Part shown: piece after piece, positions 24,172 to 32,314 of the stretch
How the letters are laid out: the number at the start of each line of letters is the position of its first letter
Numbering within the stretch: the first letter of the stretch is position 1
Source: a virus
Lineage: Duplodnaviria; Caudoviricetes
Direction: 5' to 3' (one strand)
IMG/VR virus record: IMGVR_UViG_3300004213_000019
Span: 1-32,314 of that record
DNA: 32,314 nucleotides
Notes under the pieces: generated by a model
What the model was told of the DNA's origin: nothing
Databases searched by the model: none
The model's input: only the letters and a program-made list of their open reading frames with translations
Program-made: the position numbers and the translations under genes

Positions 24172-24998
24172 TAGTGGCCGTCGCACACGGCTACAGCCTG
24201 CCCGTGGAGCAGTGGCCTTCGAACCACGCACTGCTCCAGGGCATGGCTTACGCCCAGGACCCCAGGACGAAGCAGGAGTACCTGTTCGTCGCCAAGGCTG
24301 AGTCTGCGAAGAAGGGCGAGATCGAGGACTCCTACTACCACCGTCATGTCCTTCGTGACGGCAAGTGGGTGTACCTCGACACCATGATCGGTCGTGGGTT
24401 CGGTCATCCGCAGAACTACCACGTCCGGATCTCCGCTGCCGGTAACACCTGGCTCTGGCCCTCGGTCGAGCAGTACAACAAGGACAACGAGCTGGTTCGG
24501 GTACTGCCTGGGCGAGTGCAGTGGAAGAAGGGGGAGGTGAAAGCAGGTGATGTGGAACTGATGGAGACACCAGACGGTTCCTGGTCGGTCATCAACACCA
24601 CCTTCGTCTCTCCCGCTCGCATTGTGCTGCGGCGTGGCCTGAGCACCACCGAGGTCTACACCGAGCATGACGAGCAGTCGCTCAAGGAGGGCAAGTGGCT
24701 CCCGCTGCGTCAGTTCACCCGCAAGAAGCTCAGCGGTACCTTCCAGACCGCAGGAGCCAACGCCAAGTCGGTCATGATCTTCCAGGGATCGACCTCCAGC
24801 AGGCACATGGTCTACCGTTACGACTGGTCCGAGAAGCTCGTGGCCCAGTTGGACGTGAAGAACATCAAGGCCCCCACAGGTCCCAACACCAGCAGTGAGC
24901 CCGAGGGCATGTCTTTCTTCCGAGGAAGCTGGTACTTCGGCAAGCGATACAACTCGTCTGCGCGTCGCCAGTACGAGCTATTCAAGTTCACCCTCTGA
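24159..24998 (+). CDS. putative beta-propeller protein (TagC / glycopolymer-binding-like); start may be GTG 24174
   Basis: LQGMAY, FGHPQ, FQ, EPEGMSF blade-like motifs. Confidence 0.55.
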   Translation: MEDVVVAVAHGYSLPVEQWPSNHALLQGMAYAQDPRTKQEYLFVAKAESAKKGEIEDSYYHRHVLRDGKWVYLDTMIGRGFGHPQNYHVRISAAGNTWLWPSVEQYNKDNELVRVLPGRVQWKKGEVKAGDVELMETPDGSWSVINTTFVSPARIVLRRGLSTTEVYTEHDEQSLKEGKWLPLRQFTRKKLSGTFQTAGANAKSVMIFQGSTSSRHMVYRYDWSEKLVAQLDVKNIKAPTGPNTSSEPEGMSFFRGSWYFGKRYNSSARRQYELFKFTL

Positions 24999-25007
24999 GG
25001 AGAAGAG

Positions 25008-25433
25008 ATGGCAGAAGAGAAGGCACCTGTCGAGAACAAGGTGTACGCAGCCAGCGATGGTGCTGGTGCAGGCGGGGTGCTGGTCACCCTGATCCTGTGG
25101 GTTGTGGGTGTGGTGTTCTACAGGGTGGCCCCCACGGCTGAGGCGGCACCGCTGGCTACAGCGGCAGTCGCGGGTCCGGTGGCCCTGGCCCTGTCGTTCT
25201 TCCTCCCCAAGGGTCTGGCGATGCTGATGGGCTACCTGGCCCCGCACACGCACCGTCCGGACCTGAAGACGCTGGACACGAAGCCCGCCGAGGTGGAGGA
25301 ATTCCCGACGTTCACCGCCAACAACCCGTCGATCCCGCCGTCGAACCCCGACGACCTCGACGGTGACGGGCGCGACGACAAGACCCAGCGGTTCGTCAAG
25401 CGCAGCAGCGCTCTGGAGGAGCCGACTGAATGA
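25008..25433 (+). CDS. holin
   Basis: Two hydrophobic segments, VENKV...A..GA and GYLAPHT.RP motifs typical of actinophage holins; in lysis cassette. Confidence 0.75.
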   Translation: MAEEKAPVENKVYAASDGAGAGGVLVTLILWVVGVVFYRVAPTAEAAPLATAAVAGPVALALSFFLPKGLAMLMGYLAPHTHRPDLKTLDTKPAEVEEFPTFTANNPSIPPSNPDDLDGDGRDDKTQRFVKRSSALEEPTE

Positions 25434-25828
25434 TGTCCTCGTATGACCTGGTGATCATGAGGTCCCACGGTAGGTGCGAAGCCCTGGTCAAGGTGGGTAA
25501 GGTCTATACCCGCTGCGGCAGGAAGTACCCCGAGGTGCATCACATGCTCACCAGGTCACGCGGTGGCGACGTTCTGGACACTGTTCTGGAGACTCGCCAC
25601 CTTGTCGCCCTGTGCAGTAGACACCACAAGTTCGTACACGATCACATCGAGCTGGGGATAGCCGGTGGTCTGTACCTCGAAGGACAAGCCTGGTTGGACA
25701 CAGGCAAGGTCATCTATCAAGGACCGGACGAGTACCTTCTCGCCCAATACGGAAAGACGGCGAATGACGCAATTCGGAGAGCTGGTCAAGATCGCAGACA
25801 ACGACAGGCGTCTGCTCAACCTCTATGA
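25430..25828 (+). CDS. HNH endonuclease-like protein
   Basis: RCE...C...EVHH...RSRGG...LVALCSRHH..VH. Confidence 0.75.
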   Translation: MMSSYDLVIMRSHGRCEALVKVGKVYTRCGRKYPEVHHMLTRSRGGDVLDTVLETRHLVALCSRHHKFVHDHIELGIAGGLYLEGQAWLDTGKVIYQGPDEYLLAQYGKTANDAIRRAGQDRRQRQASAQPL

Positions 25829-26534
25829 CTCCTACCTCGCAGGACCGAGGAGCCGCCACAAAGAGGCGGAAGTCCTGGCTCACATCCTCACCAAGAACGA
25901 GGAGAGCAACGCCACGGGAGAGCGTGACCGGACAGGTTCCTGGTCAGCCTCCGGTGCCAACCGCTGCCTGAGAGAGCGACAGTTCACCTACCTGGGGATG
26001 CCACAGCGTGTCCCTGACTCCAAGTCTCAGAACATCTTCAGCAACGGTGACTTCGTGCACCTGCGCTACCAGATGGTCGGCCTGATCCAGGGCTGGCTGG
26101 TGGACGTGGAGACGCCTGTGTTCGCTGAGGGCAAGGTGCGGGGCACCGTCGACGGCATCTCAGACCAGGACGAGATCGTCGAGATCAAGTCCATCAACGC
26201 CAATGGCTTCAGCAACGTCTCCACCTTCGGCCCCAAGGACGACCACAAGTACCAAACGACGGCCTACATGATGGCCTCTGGTCGCTCGCGCACCCGCTTC
26301 ATCTACGAGAACAAGAACACCAACGAAAACCTGGAGTTCGTCTTCGAGCTGGAGCAGCAGTACGTGGAGCGGGTTCAGGAAGAGTTCGAGAAGCTCAACG
26401 AGAACCAGGACAGCAAGGTGCTGGAACCGATGCTCCACGAGTGCATCAACAAGCGCTCCCCCTTCAAGTGGTGTGACTACCGAGACATCTGTGAGGGTGC
26501 CTCCTACCCGACTGCGAAACTGAGGCTGGTCTGA
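25764..26534 (+). CDS. Cas4/RecB-family exonuclease
   Basis: SAS....C, G..VH, GTVDG, EIKS, Q...YM, three C-terminal Cys (Fe-S). Confidence 0.85.
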   Translation: MTQFGELVKIADNDRRLLNLYDSYLAGPRSRHKEAEVLAHILTKNEESNATGERDRTGSWSASGANRCLRERQFTYLGMPQRVPDSKSQNIFSNGDFVHLRYQMVGLIQGWLVDVETPVFAEGKVRGTVDGISDQDEIVEIKSINANGFSNVSTFGPKDDHKYQTTAYMMASGRSRTRFIYENKNTNENLEFVFELEQQYVERVQEEFEKLNENQDSKVLEPMLHECINKRSPFKWCDYRDICEGASYPTAKLRLV

Positions 26535-26977
26535 TGCCCGTCATTCGTCTGCTGAACCCCGACGAGCCGCCCATCATCCACCAGAGCCAGGTCCAGTTCG
26601 GCCAGCGCCTGATGGATGTCGATCTGCCTGAGGGGTTGCCTGAGTACGACGAGATCATCGAGGAGTTGCACGGCTACGTGGACGTGTTCCTCGGTCGTGC
26701 TGAGTCTCCTCTGGCCTCTCCGTACCTGGCGATGGCTGAGGTGGCCACTGCTTTCCTGTCTCGGGCCTACGAGTTGGAGATGCTCATCTATGAGGGTGAG
26801 CAGAACGAGTCCATCGACGGTGGGCGTAGCAGCAAGGACCCGTACCACAAGCTCCGCACTGGCGCTCTGGCGTCGTTCATCAGTATGGCCAAGCGCCTCG
26901 CTGATCTCGGCAGCCGCAGGCTCACTCAAGAGCAACTGCTCAGCGATCAGCGTCGGGACTCAGGAGAAGCTCTGTGA
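26534..26977 (+). CDS. hypothetical protein, 147 aa
   Basis: TGATG coupling, GC3 bias. Confidence 0.75.
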   Translation: MPVIRLLNPDEPPIIHQSQVQFGQRLMDVDLPEGLPEYDEIIEELHGYVDVFLGRAESPLASPYLAMAEVATAFLSRAYELEMLIYEGEQNESIDGGRSSKDPYHKLRTGALASFISMAKRLADLGSRRLTQEQLLSDQRRDSGEAL

Positions 26978-27459
26978 TCACCGTGGGGATCGACTCGGGC
27001 AAGAACCGGGTGGATGCGGTGGCTCTCCTGAGTGGTCACATCGTTCGGCACTACACCATCGACTTGGAGAAGCAGAAAAACAAGGGACGGGGATGGGTAC
27101 TGACCACCATGGACGAGGGTGTCTTCGACTTCCTCCTCGACCTGGAGGCTCAGTACAAGATGCCCATCGAGGTATGGGTTGAAGAGGCCATTATGGTGCG
27201 TTCCATCCGCGTAGCCATAGAGTTGGCTGAAACTGTGGGTATGATCCTCTCATTGCCGTATAGCGTTCACAAGGTCACCATCGACCAGTGGAAGATGGTG
27301 GCCATCGGCAAAGGTGGGGTGTCGAAGGACGAAGTTCGCAGAGTCATCGCCCTGAGACATCCCGAAACAGAGGAACTATTCGGGAAGCGACAGGACCTAT
27401 TCGATGCAGCGGGCGTCTCGATCTACGGCGAAGTGGTTGGCAGCAGACCAACGTCTTGA
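26974..27459 (+). CDS. ruvC: RuvC-like Holliday junction resolvase
   Basis: VGIDSG, WVEE, WK...G.GG.SK, D..DAA. Confidence 0.85.
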   Translation: MITVGIDSGKNRVDAVALLSGHIVRHYTIDLEKQKNKGRGWVLTTMDEGVFDFLLDLEAQYKMPIEVWVEEAIMVRSIRVAIELAETVGMILSLPYSVHKVTIDQWKMVAIGKGGVSKDEVRRVIALRHPETEELFGKRQDLFDAAGVSIYGEVVGSRPTS

Positions 27460-27790
27460 GCAGGACAACGAACCAATAGAGGCAGAGCCCAGGATCTATG
27501 CGCCGATCCGAGAGGTTCCGTGGCACAAGGATGCAGCTTGTTACCGTCAAGGTGATGAGCTGTTTTTCCATGATGGGAGAGCTGGAGCCAAACCAGCCGA
27601 AGACGCAGCCAAGCAGGTGTGCAACGATCCCTGCCCGGTGAAGGCTGAGTGCATGAGAGCCTCGCTGGAGAAGCGTGAGCGCTACGGCGTCTGGGGTGGG
27701 TTGACCCCCAGGGAGCGCAAGAACATCTTCAAGCAGATCGACCTCGGGAACACGACGGTCGACGAGGTAGTCGGGCTTCTCTGTGACTGA
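27404..27790 (+). CDS. whiB: WhiB family transcription factor (start uncertain)
   Basis: W...AAC...FF...AK.VC..CPV..EC...GVWGGLT..ER. Confidence 0.92.
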   Translation: MQRASRSTAKWLAADQRLEQDNEPIEAEPRIYAPIREVPWHKDAACYRQGDELFFHDGRAGAKPAEDAAKQVCNDPCPVKAECMRASLEKRERYGVWGGLTPRERKNIFKQIDLGNTTVDEVVGLLCD

Positions 27791-28331
27791 CGGGTACACA
27801 GACGACGCCGACCTCGGCAGGAAGATCTACTACTATCGCCTCGCGGGTGAGTTGATGGCTGACATCGCTGACCGACTGGACATCAACGTCTTGGAGGCCA
27901 CCAAGCTGCACCGTGAGTACGTGATCGAGCTGGCGACAGCGCCCAAGCTCTCACGCGACGAAGTGATCGCCATGGAGTCCGACCGTCTGGACCAGTTGAT
28001 GCACGCTCACTGGCACGCAGCCACCCAGGAGCACAAGGTACCGATGAAGGTGAAGATCTCCAGAGAGGAAGAGGAGATCGAGCTGGTGGACATGCCTCCG
28101 GACATCAACGAGGCCAAGCTCGTACTGGAGGTGATGAAGCAGCGCTCCAAGCTTCACGGCCTGGAGGTGATCGATCCCAAGGACCAGACCACAGTGCAGC
28201 AGATCCTCATCGTGGGAGCCTCTCAGGCTTCTTTCTTGGCTGACCTGCAAGCAGGACAACAGAGCCTGCCCAGCGGGGACCAGGATAATGTAATAGAGGG
28301 CGAACTCGATGATGGGCTGGAGGGCCAATGA
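27783..28331 (+). CDS. terS: terminase small subunit (HTH)
   Basis: RLAG...ADIADRL HTH, E.DRLD, R.KL.GL motif. Confidence 0.65.
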   Translation: MTDGYTDDADLGRKIYYYRLAGELMADIADRLDINVLEATKLHREYVIELATAPKLSRDEVIAMESDRLDQLMHAHWHAATQEHKVPMKVKISREEEEIELVDMPPDINEAKLVLEVMKQRSKLHGLEVIDPKDQTTVQQILIVGASQASFLADLQAGQQSLPSGDQDNVIEGELDDGLEGQ

Positions 28332-28723
28332 GTGATGTAGCACGGGTAGACATCAACATCTACCAAGGTGCTGACTGGGCTGTCCAGATCTACTGGACTT
28401 CAGGGGATATGCGTCCCTACTCGGTCCAGGCACCCATGCGGATGGAGATCAGGGACCAGCTCGGACAGGTTCCCGTGGTGCTCCAGACGAACCAGACCTC
28501 TGAGGACCTGGAGACCAATCCGGACAACCAGCAGATCCTCTTCAACCCCGAGTCGGGGCTCATCCAGCTTCACCTCACCGGAGACGAGACGAGCGTGCTC
28601 GCCCCTGGGATGTACGACTACGACCTCTGGGTCCACTACAAGTCGACTGTCGGGGTAGTGGCCAAGCGCGCCATCCTCGTCGGTCGCGTCATCGTTCAAG
28701 GGAGGATCACCCAGAATGTCTAA
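28328..28723 (+). CDS. virion structural protein (baseplate upper/Ig-like)
   Basis: I.IYQGAD, RMEIR, G.I.L.L...ET, Y.YDL, ILVGRV. Confidence 0.65.
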   Translation: MSDVARVDINIYQGADWAVQIYWTSGDMRPYSVQAPMRMEIRDQLGQVPVVLQTNQTSEDLETNPDNQQILFNPESGLIQLHLTGDETSVLAPGMYDYDLWVHYKSTVGVVAKRAILVGRVIVQGRITQNV

Positions 28724-29411
28724 CATCGTGCGGATGAACACCGGAGATGTCATCCAGATCAGGGAGGGCGTCCTTCAAGGCATCGGCCCCCAGGGTCAGA
28801 TGGGTCCTCAGGGCCCTCAGGGCATTCCTGGTCCTCAGGGAGCGCAGGGACTGCCTGGTCCCATGGGTCAGATCGATGACTTCTACACCAAGGTCACCAG
28901 CGAGGGAAACTCTCAGTCGGTGGCTTCCAACACCCTCACGCTGCACTCGTTCGCCAGTGTGATCCACGACGATGCTTCCATCGTCGCCTCGGTGACCAAC
29001 TTCATCGTCCCGGTGGGCGTGTGGGACGTGTCGTGTGGTCTCCAGTTCGACAAGCCGTCCACTCAGAACGCCGCTGGTGCTCGTCGCATCGTCATCCGTT
29101 ACGACACGGTGGACATCGAGTCCGCGACCATCCCAGCTCTCACCGCGCTGGACACCCGCTTCCAGGTCAACACCCTGATCGATGCCACGTCTTCGTCCAA
29201 GGTGCTCTCGGTGCTCGTCTTCCACACCGACACTGTGGCCATCGCAGTACATGGCAACCTGGTGATCAGTCGCAAGGGTCCTGGTTCTCGTGGCCCCTCT
29301 GGTCCTCAGGGTGTCGCTGGTCCTCCTGGACAGCAGGGTCCGACCGGTCCTCAGGGTCCTGCTGGTTCCCTGGTTACTTCTGAGACCACCTTCGCTCAGA
29401 TCGGTGGTTAG
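28716..29411 (+). CDS. collagen-repeat minor tail/fiber protein
   Basis: Two (Gly-X-Y)n blocks flanking a beta-rich domain. Confidence 0.75.
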   Translation: MSNIVRMNTGDVIQIREGVLQGIGPQGQMGPQGPQGIPGPQGAQGLPGPMGQIDDFYTKVTSEGNSQSVASNTLTLHSFASVIHDDASIVASVTNFIVPVGVWDVSCGLQFDKPSTQNAAGARRIVIRYDTVDIESATIPALTALDTRFQVNTLIDATSSSKVLSVLVFHTDTVAIAVHGNLVISRKGPGSRGPSGPQGVAGPPGQQGPTGPQGPAGSLVTSETTFAQIGG

Positions 29412-29413
29412 CG

Positions 29414-29773
29414 GTGGCGTTGCGCCTGGGCCAGAGCCCAGTGGACACGTTCAAGCCTCAGCCTGTCGAGGTCAGCGTCTATCGTGGCGACACCATGGTG
29501 ATGGACTCACCTATTCGCCCTGTTGTCACCGTGGGCTCAGTTACCCTGATCGCCTGGGACTTTGTGCTTCCGACAGTCATGTCGGTGGACACGGGTGTCT
29601 ATCGATTCGTCACTGACCATTTCGTGGGAGTGCAGGACCAGGGAATAGGCTGGGCGTACGGAGTTGATGATGTCTCGACCGTCTACCTCAAGGACGGCGT
29701 GCTCATCGTTGCCGATGCTTTCGGCGTGAATGATTCGATCTCGATCAGAGGAATGGTGAACCAATGGGTCTGA
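29414..29773 (+). CDS. hypothetical virion-associated protein, 119 aa
   Basis: Beta-rich, lies between tail-type genes. Confidence 0.6.
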   Translation: MALRLGQSPVDTFKPQPVEVSVYRGDTMVMDSPIRPVVTVGSVTLIAWDFVLPTVMSVDTGVYRFVTDHFVGVQDQGIGWAYGVDDVSTVYLKDGVLIVADAFGVNDSISIRGMVNQWV

Positions 29774-30099
29774 GCGCCTCGCCCGTCCAGGGTGTGCAAC
29801 TGATGGACCACGATGAGATGCTCAAGTTCATCTGGGACCGCATCAACGACATCGCGCTGTTCTACGAGACCCGTGGGGTCATGCGCTTCCAGAACATCAG
29901 CTCGCTCAACGCGAAGCTGATCGGTGATGCCTCCCCTGTGGCTGGCATGACCGCGTGGATCGTGGAGTCCAAGCAGCTCATCACCTACGACGGCACGAGC
30001 TGGCAGCGCGTTTTTCCTGCCTCTCCTCAGATCTACACCGGTACCACGACCCCTGCGGCATCGCTCGGTGCCGTGGGCGACGTGTACTTCCAGGTCTGA
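29764..30099 (+). CDS. minor tail protein-like, 111 aa
   Basis: P.AGM.AW, YDGTSW, G...P....G.VGDVYFQ motifs. Confidence 0.65.
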   Translation: MGLSASPVQGVQLMDHDEMLKFIWDRINDIALFYETRGVMRFQNISSLNAKLIGDASPVAGMTAWIVESKQLITYDGTSWQRVFPASPQIYTGTTTPAASLGAVGDVYFQV

Positions 30100-30102
30100 C
30101 TC

Positions 30103-31158
30103 ATGGGCGACATGCTCGTCAAGACCACTGAAGAGCAGTGGACCAAGGGACAGCCATTCGTCCGTACCGCCACTGGTCAGTCTCGCGCTCGCTTCGCCTA
30201 CCGCAAGATCATCGACGAGGCGGGCGACCCGGCGTGGGTTGAGTTCTGGCGTGCAGACAGCACCGCCCCTGGTGTCCCCACCAACCTCAAGCTGGAGGTC
30301 AGCGGCTTCGGTGGCTTCAACATCACCGTGACCGCGCCCTACGACACCGACGTGATGAGCCTGCGGGTCAAGGTGGGCAAGATCGTCCCGTCGAACAACA
30401 CCTTGGACTCTGCCTACTTGTCCACCATGGACGGCTCTGACCCGGCGTGGAGCGAGTGGATGGTGGCCCCTGGTCAGACCAGGACCAAGAAGTACCCGCC
30501 CTCGGGCAGCCTGGTCAGCGGCACCACCTACTACGTCAGCGTCTGGGCTCAAGACACCTCTCGCAACTTCTCTGCTCCTGCTACCAAATCCATCGTCTAC
30601 AAGTCGCTCTCGCCCACCACCACGGTTACACGCTCTACCTACATCACCACTGTGGACTCCACGACGTTCTCCAAAGAGAAGAACATCTACAACCGGACCG
30701 ACAAGCTGGTGCGTACCGGTCACCCGAACAACAACCACGGCATCTGGTACTACGGCGACAAGATCTCTGCTCTGCTCCAGGGTGCGAGCAGGATCAACGA
30801 CGTGAAGATCGAGATCCAGCGTTTGGCCTCGTCTCCAAGCGGTATCGACCAGTCCATCAGCACAGCGACGCGCTTCAAGTTCTTCGGTCATAACATGACT
30901 ACCTGGTCCAACATCGACATCCATGACCCGAGTCGCATCGTCTTCGCAGGCGAACTCTGGGGTACCTATGGCGGTCTGGAGCGAGGTCAGTCGAAGGTCT
31001 ACACGGTGCCTTCTGCCATCTGGCCCATGCTGCTCAGTGGCAAGCTCAAGGGATTCGGTGTCTACACCAACGTCTCAGCGTCTCCGAGCGTGGACATGGG
31101 TACCTACTACGGCTTCGGCACGAACAGTGGTCGCCTCTTCATTTCTTACACGTCGTAG
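30103..31158 (+). CDS. minor tail protein with fibronectin-III-like domain
   Basis: D.TAPGVPTNL ... GTTYYVSVWAQD.S.N.S; GIWYYG. Confidence 0.7.
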   Translation: MGDMLVKTTEEQWTKGQPFVRTATGQSRARFAYRKIIDEAGDPAWVEFWRADSTAPGVPTNLKLEVSGFGGFNITVTAPYDTDVMSLRVKVGKIVPSNNTLDSAYLSTMDGSDPAWSEWMVAPGQTRTKKYPPSGSLVSGTTYYVSVWAQDTSRNFSAPATKSIVYKSLSPTTTVTRSTYITTVDSTTFSKEKNIYNRTDKLVRTGHPNNNHGIWYYGDKISALLQGASRINDVKIEIQRLASSPSGIDQSISTATRFKFFGHNMTTWSNIDIHDPSRIVFAGELWGTYGGLERGQSKVYTVPSAIWPMLLSGKLKGFGVYTNVSASPSVDMGTYYGFGTNSGRLFISYTS

Positions 31159-31179
31159 CACGAGAAGTAGAATCGGGCT

Positions 31180-32314
31180 ATGACTCGACTGCATCTAGCT
31201 CGCCCTCCGAGGAATGACGACGAGCTGTACCACTTGGTGCAGAAGATGTGGGGTGTCACCATCCCTCGGAACAAGGTGTGCCATGACCACCAGGCACCCT
31301 TCGACGCGTTCAGCACAGCGTTCTTCGCTCGTGAGCCCATGCTGCTCATCCACGGGTCTCGTGGTCTCGCGGGCAAGAGCGCGCTGATGTCCGTCCTGGG
31401 GCTCACCCAGGCGGCTGTGTGGGGCTCTGACTGCAACATCGTCGGTGGGTCGCTCTCGCAGTCCAACAACGTCCTGGAGGCCATGCAGCGGGCGTGGGAG
31501 TACAAGGACGCACCTCGCTACATGCTCGTCGACGACACCAAGACCGAGCAGCGCCTGACCAACAACGCCAAGGTGCGCCCCCTCACCGCGTCACAGAAGA
31601 CGGTGCGTGGTCCTCACCCTGCTCGTCTGCTGCTGGACGAGATCGACGAGATGGACCAGTCGATCATTGATGCGGCCCTCGGTCAGCCGATGCCTCAGAA
31701 GAATTGGCTGGGCGTGACCATCCCAGCGCAGACCACCATGGCCTCGACGTGGCAGTACCCCGACAAGGGGATGGCGAACATGATGGCCAGGTTCAAGGAG
31801 GAAGACCTCCCGATCATGACCTGGTGCTTCAAGGACACCTCCAACCCCATCGATGGTTGGCTGTCGCCTGAGTTCATCGAGGAGAAGCGCCGCTCGATCT
31901 CCAAGGAGATGTGGCGAGTTGAGTACGAACTCGGTGAGCCCTCCATCGGCTCTCGTGCCATCGACACCGATGCGGTCGAGCGCATGTTTGATGCCGGTGC
32001 ACCCAAGCCCACGCGCTTCGACAAGGAGCACCAGGAGTACCACATCCTCAAGTACGCCATCGACCGTGACTACGTGGTGGCTGCTGACTGGGCCAAGGAG
32101 AAGGACTGGACGGTCATCACCGTCTGGGACGTGACTGAGCTGCCCATGCGTCTGGCCTACTACATCCGGCTGAAGCGTCGTCCCTACCCCTTCATGGTGG
32201 GCCTGTTCAACGCGATGCAGAAGCGCTACCACGCTGATGCGATCCACGATGCGACCGGACTGGGTGGGGTGGTGGCTGACCTGATCGAAGGCAAGGCCAG
32301 GAACTTCATGATGA
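31180..32314 (+). CDS. terL: terminase large subunit, truncated at window end
   Basis: IHGSRGLAGKS Walker A, RGPHPARLLLDEID Walker B, AADWAK..DWT nuclease motif; frame open to the end. Confidence 0.92.
   Translation, partial: MTRLHLARPPRNDDELYHLVQKMWGVTIPRNKVCHDHQAPFDAFSTAFFAREPMLLIHGSRGLAGKSALMSVLGLTQAAVWGSDCNIVGGSLSQSNNVLEAMQRAWEYKDAPRYMLVDDTKTEQRLTNNAKVRPLTASQKTVRGPHPARLLLDEIDEMDQSIIDAALGQPMPQKNWLGVTIPAQTTMASTWQYPDKGMANMMARFKEEDLPIMTWCFKDTSNPIDGWLSPEFIEEKRRSISKEMWRVEYELGEPSIGSRAIDTDAVERMFDAGAPKPTRFDKEHQEYHILKYAIDRDYVVAADWAKEKDWTVITVWDVTELPMRLAYYIRLKRRPYPFMVGLFNAMQKRYHADAIHDATGLGGVVADLIEGKARNFMM

Noticed and set aside
25764-26534. CRISPR-Cas system suggested by Cas4-like gene
   Set aside because: No repeat-spacer array or other cas genes seen; solo Cas4-like nucleases are common in phage recombination modules.
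28786-29375. Repeated GGTCCTCAG units as a DNA repeat element
   Set aside because: They encode Gly-Pro-Gln collagen triplets.
1-32314. Prophage/lysogeny module
   Set aside because: No integrase, parAB, repressor pair or host genes visible in this window; lifestyle cannot be decided from it.

Overview
A 32.3-kb internal segment of a GC-rich tailed actinobacteriophage genome; the WhiB gene and GC-rich codon usage point to an actinobacterial host. It has two divergent arms meeting at about 14.5-14.75 kb. The leftward arm (1-14441, minus strand) is an accessory/early region of about 30 mostly hypothetical genes. It includes an AAA+ ATPase, an HTH protein, three related small secreted proteins and several unannotated short ORFs, and it is punctuated by terminator-like hairpins. 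The rightward arm (14763-end, plus strand) carries DnaB helicase, primase, SSB, a DnaE (Pol III alpha) polymerase, a two-enzyme lysis cassette with holin, HNH, a Cas4-like nuclease, RuvC, WhiB, small terminase, five virion-type genes and a truncated large terminase. The most notable observations are: (i) two +1-frame ORFs inside dnaE that coincide with drops in GC3, suggesting overprinted genes; (ii) a promoter-to-terminator tRNA-like small RNA and a 165-nt structured intergenic RNA; (iii) a family of three Sec-secreted two-Cys proteins plus a 19-aa amphipathic peptide; (iv) a repeated promoter/operator and 5'-UTR motif system. All calls come from motif reading by eye; no database searches or folding programs were run.
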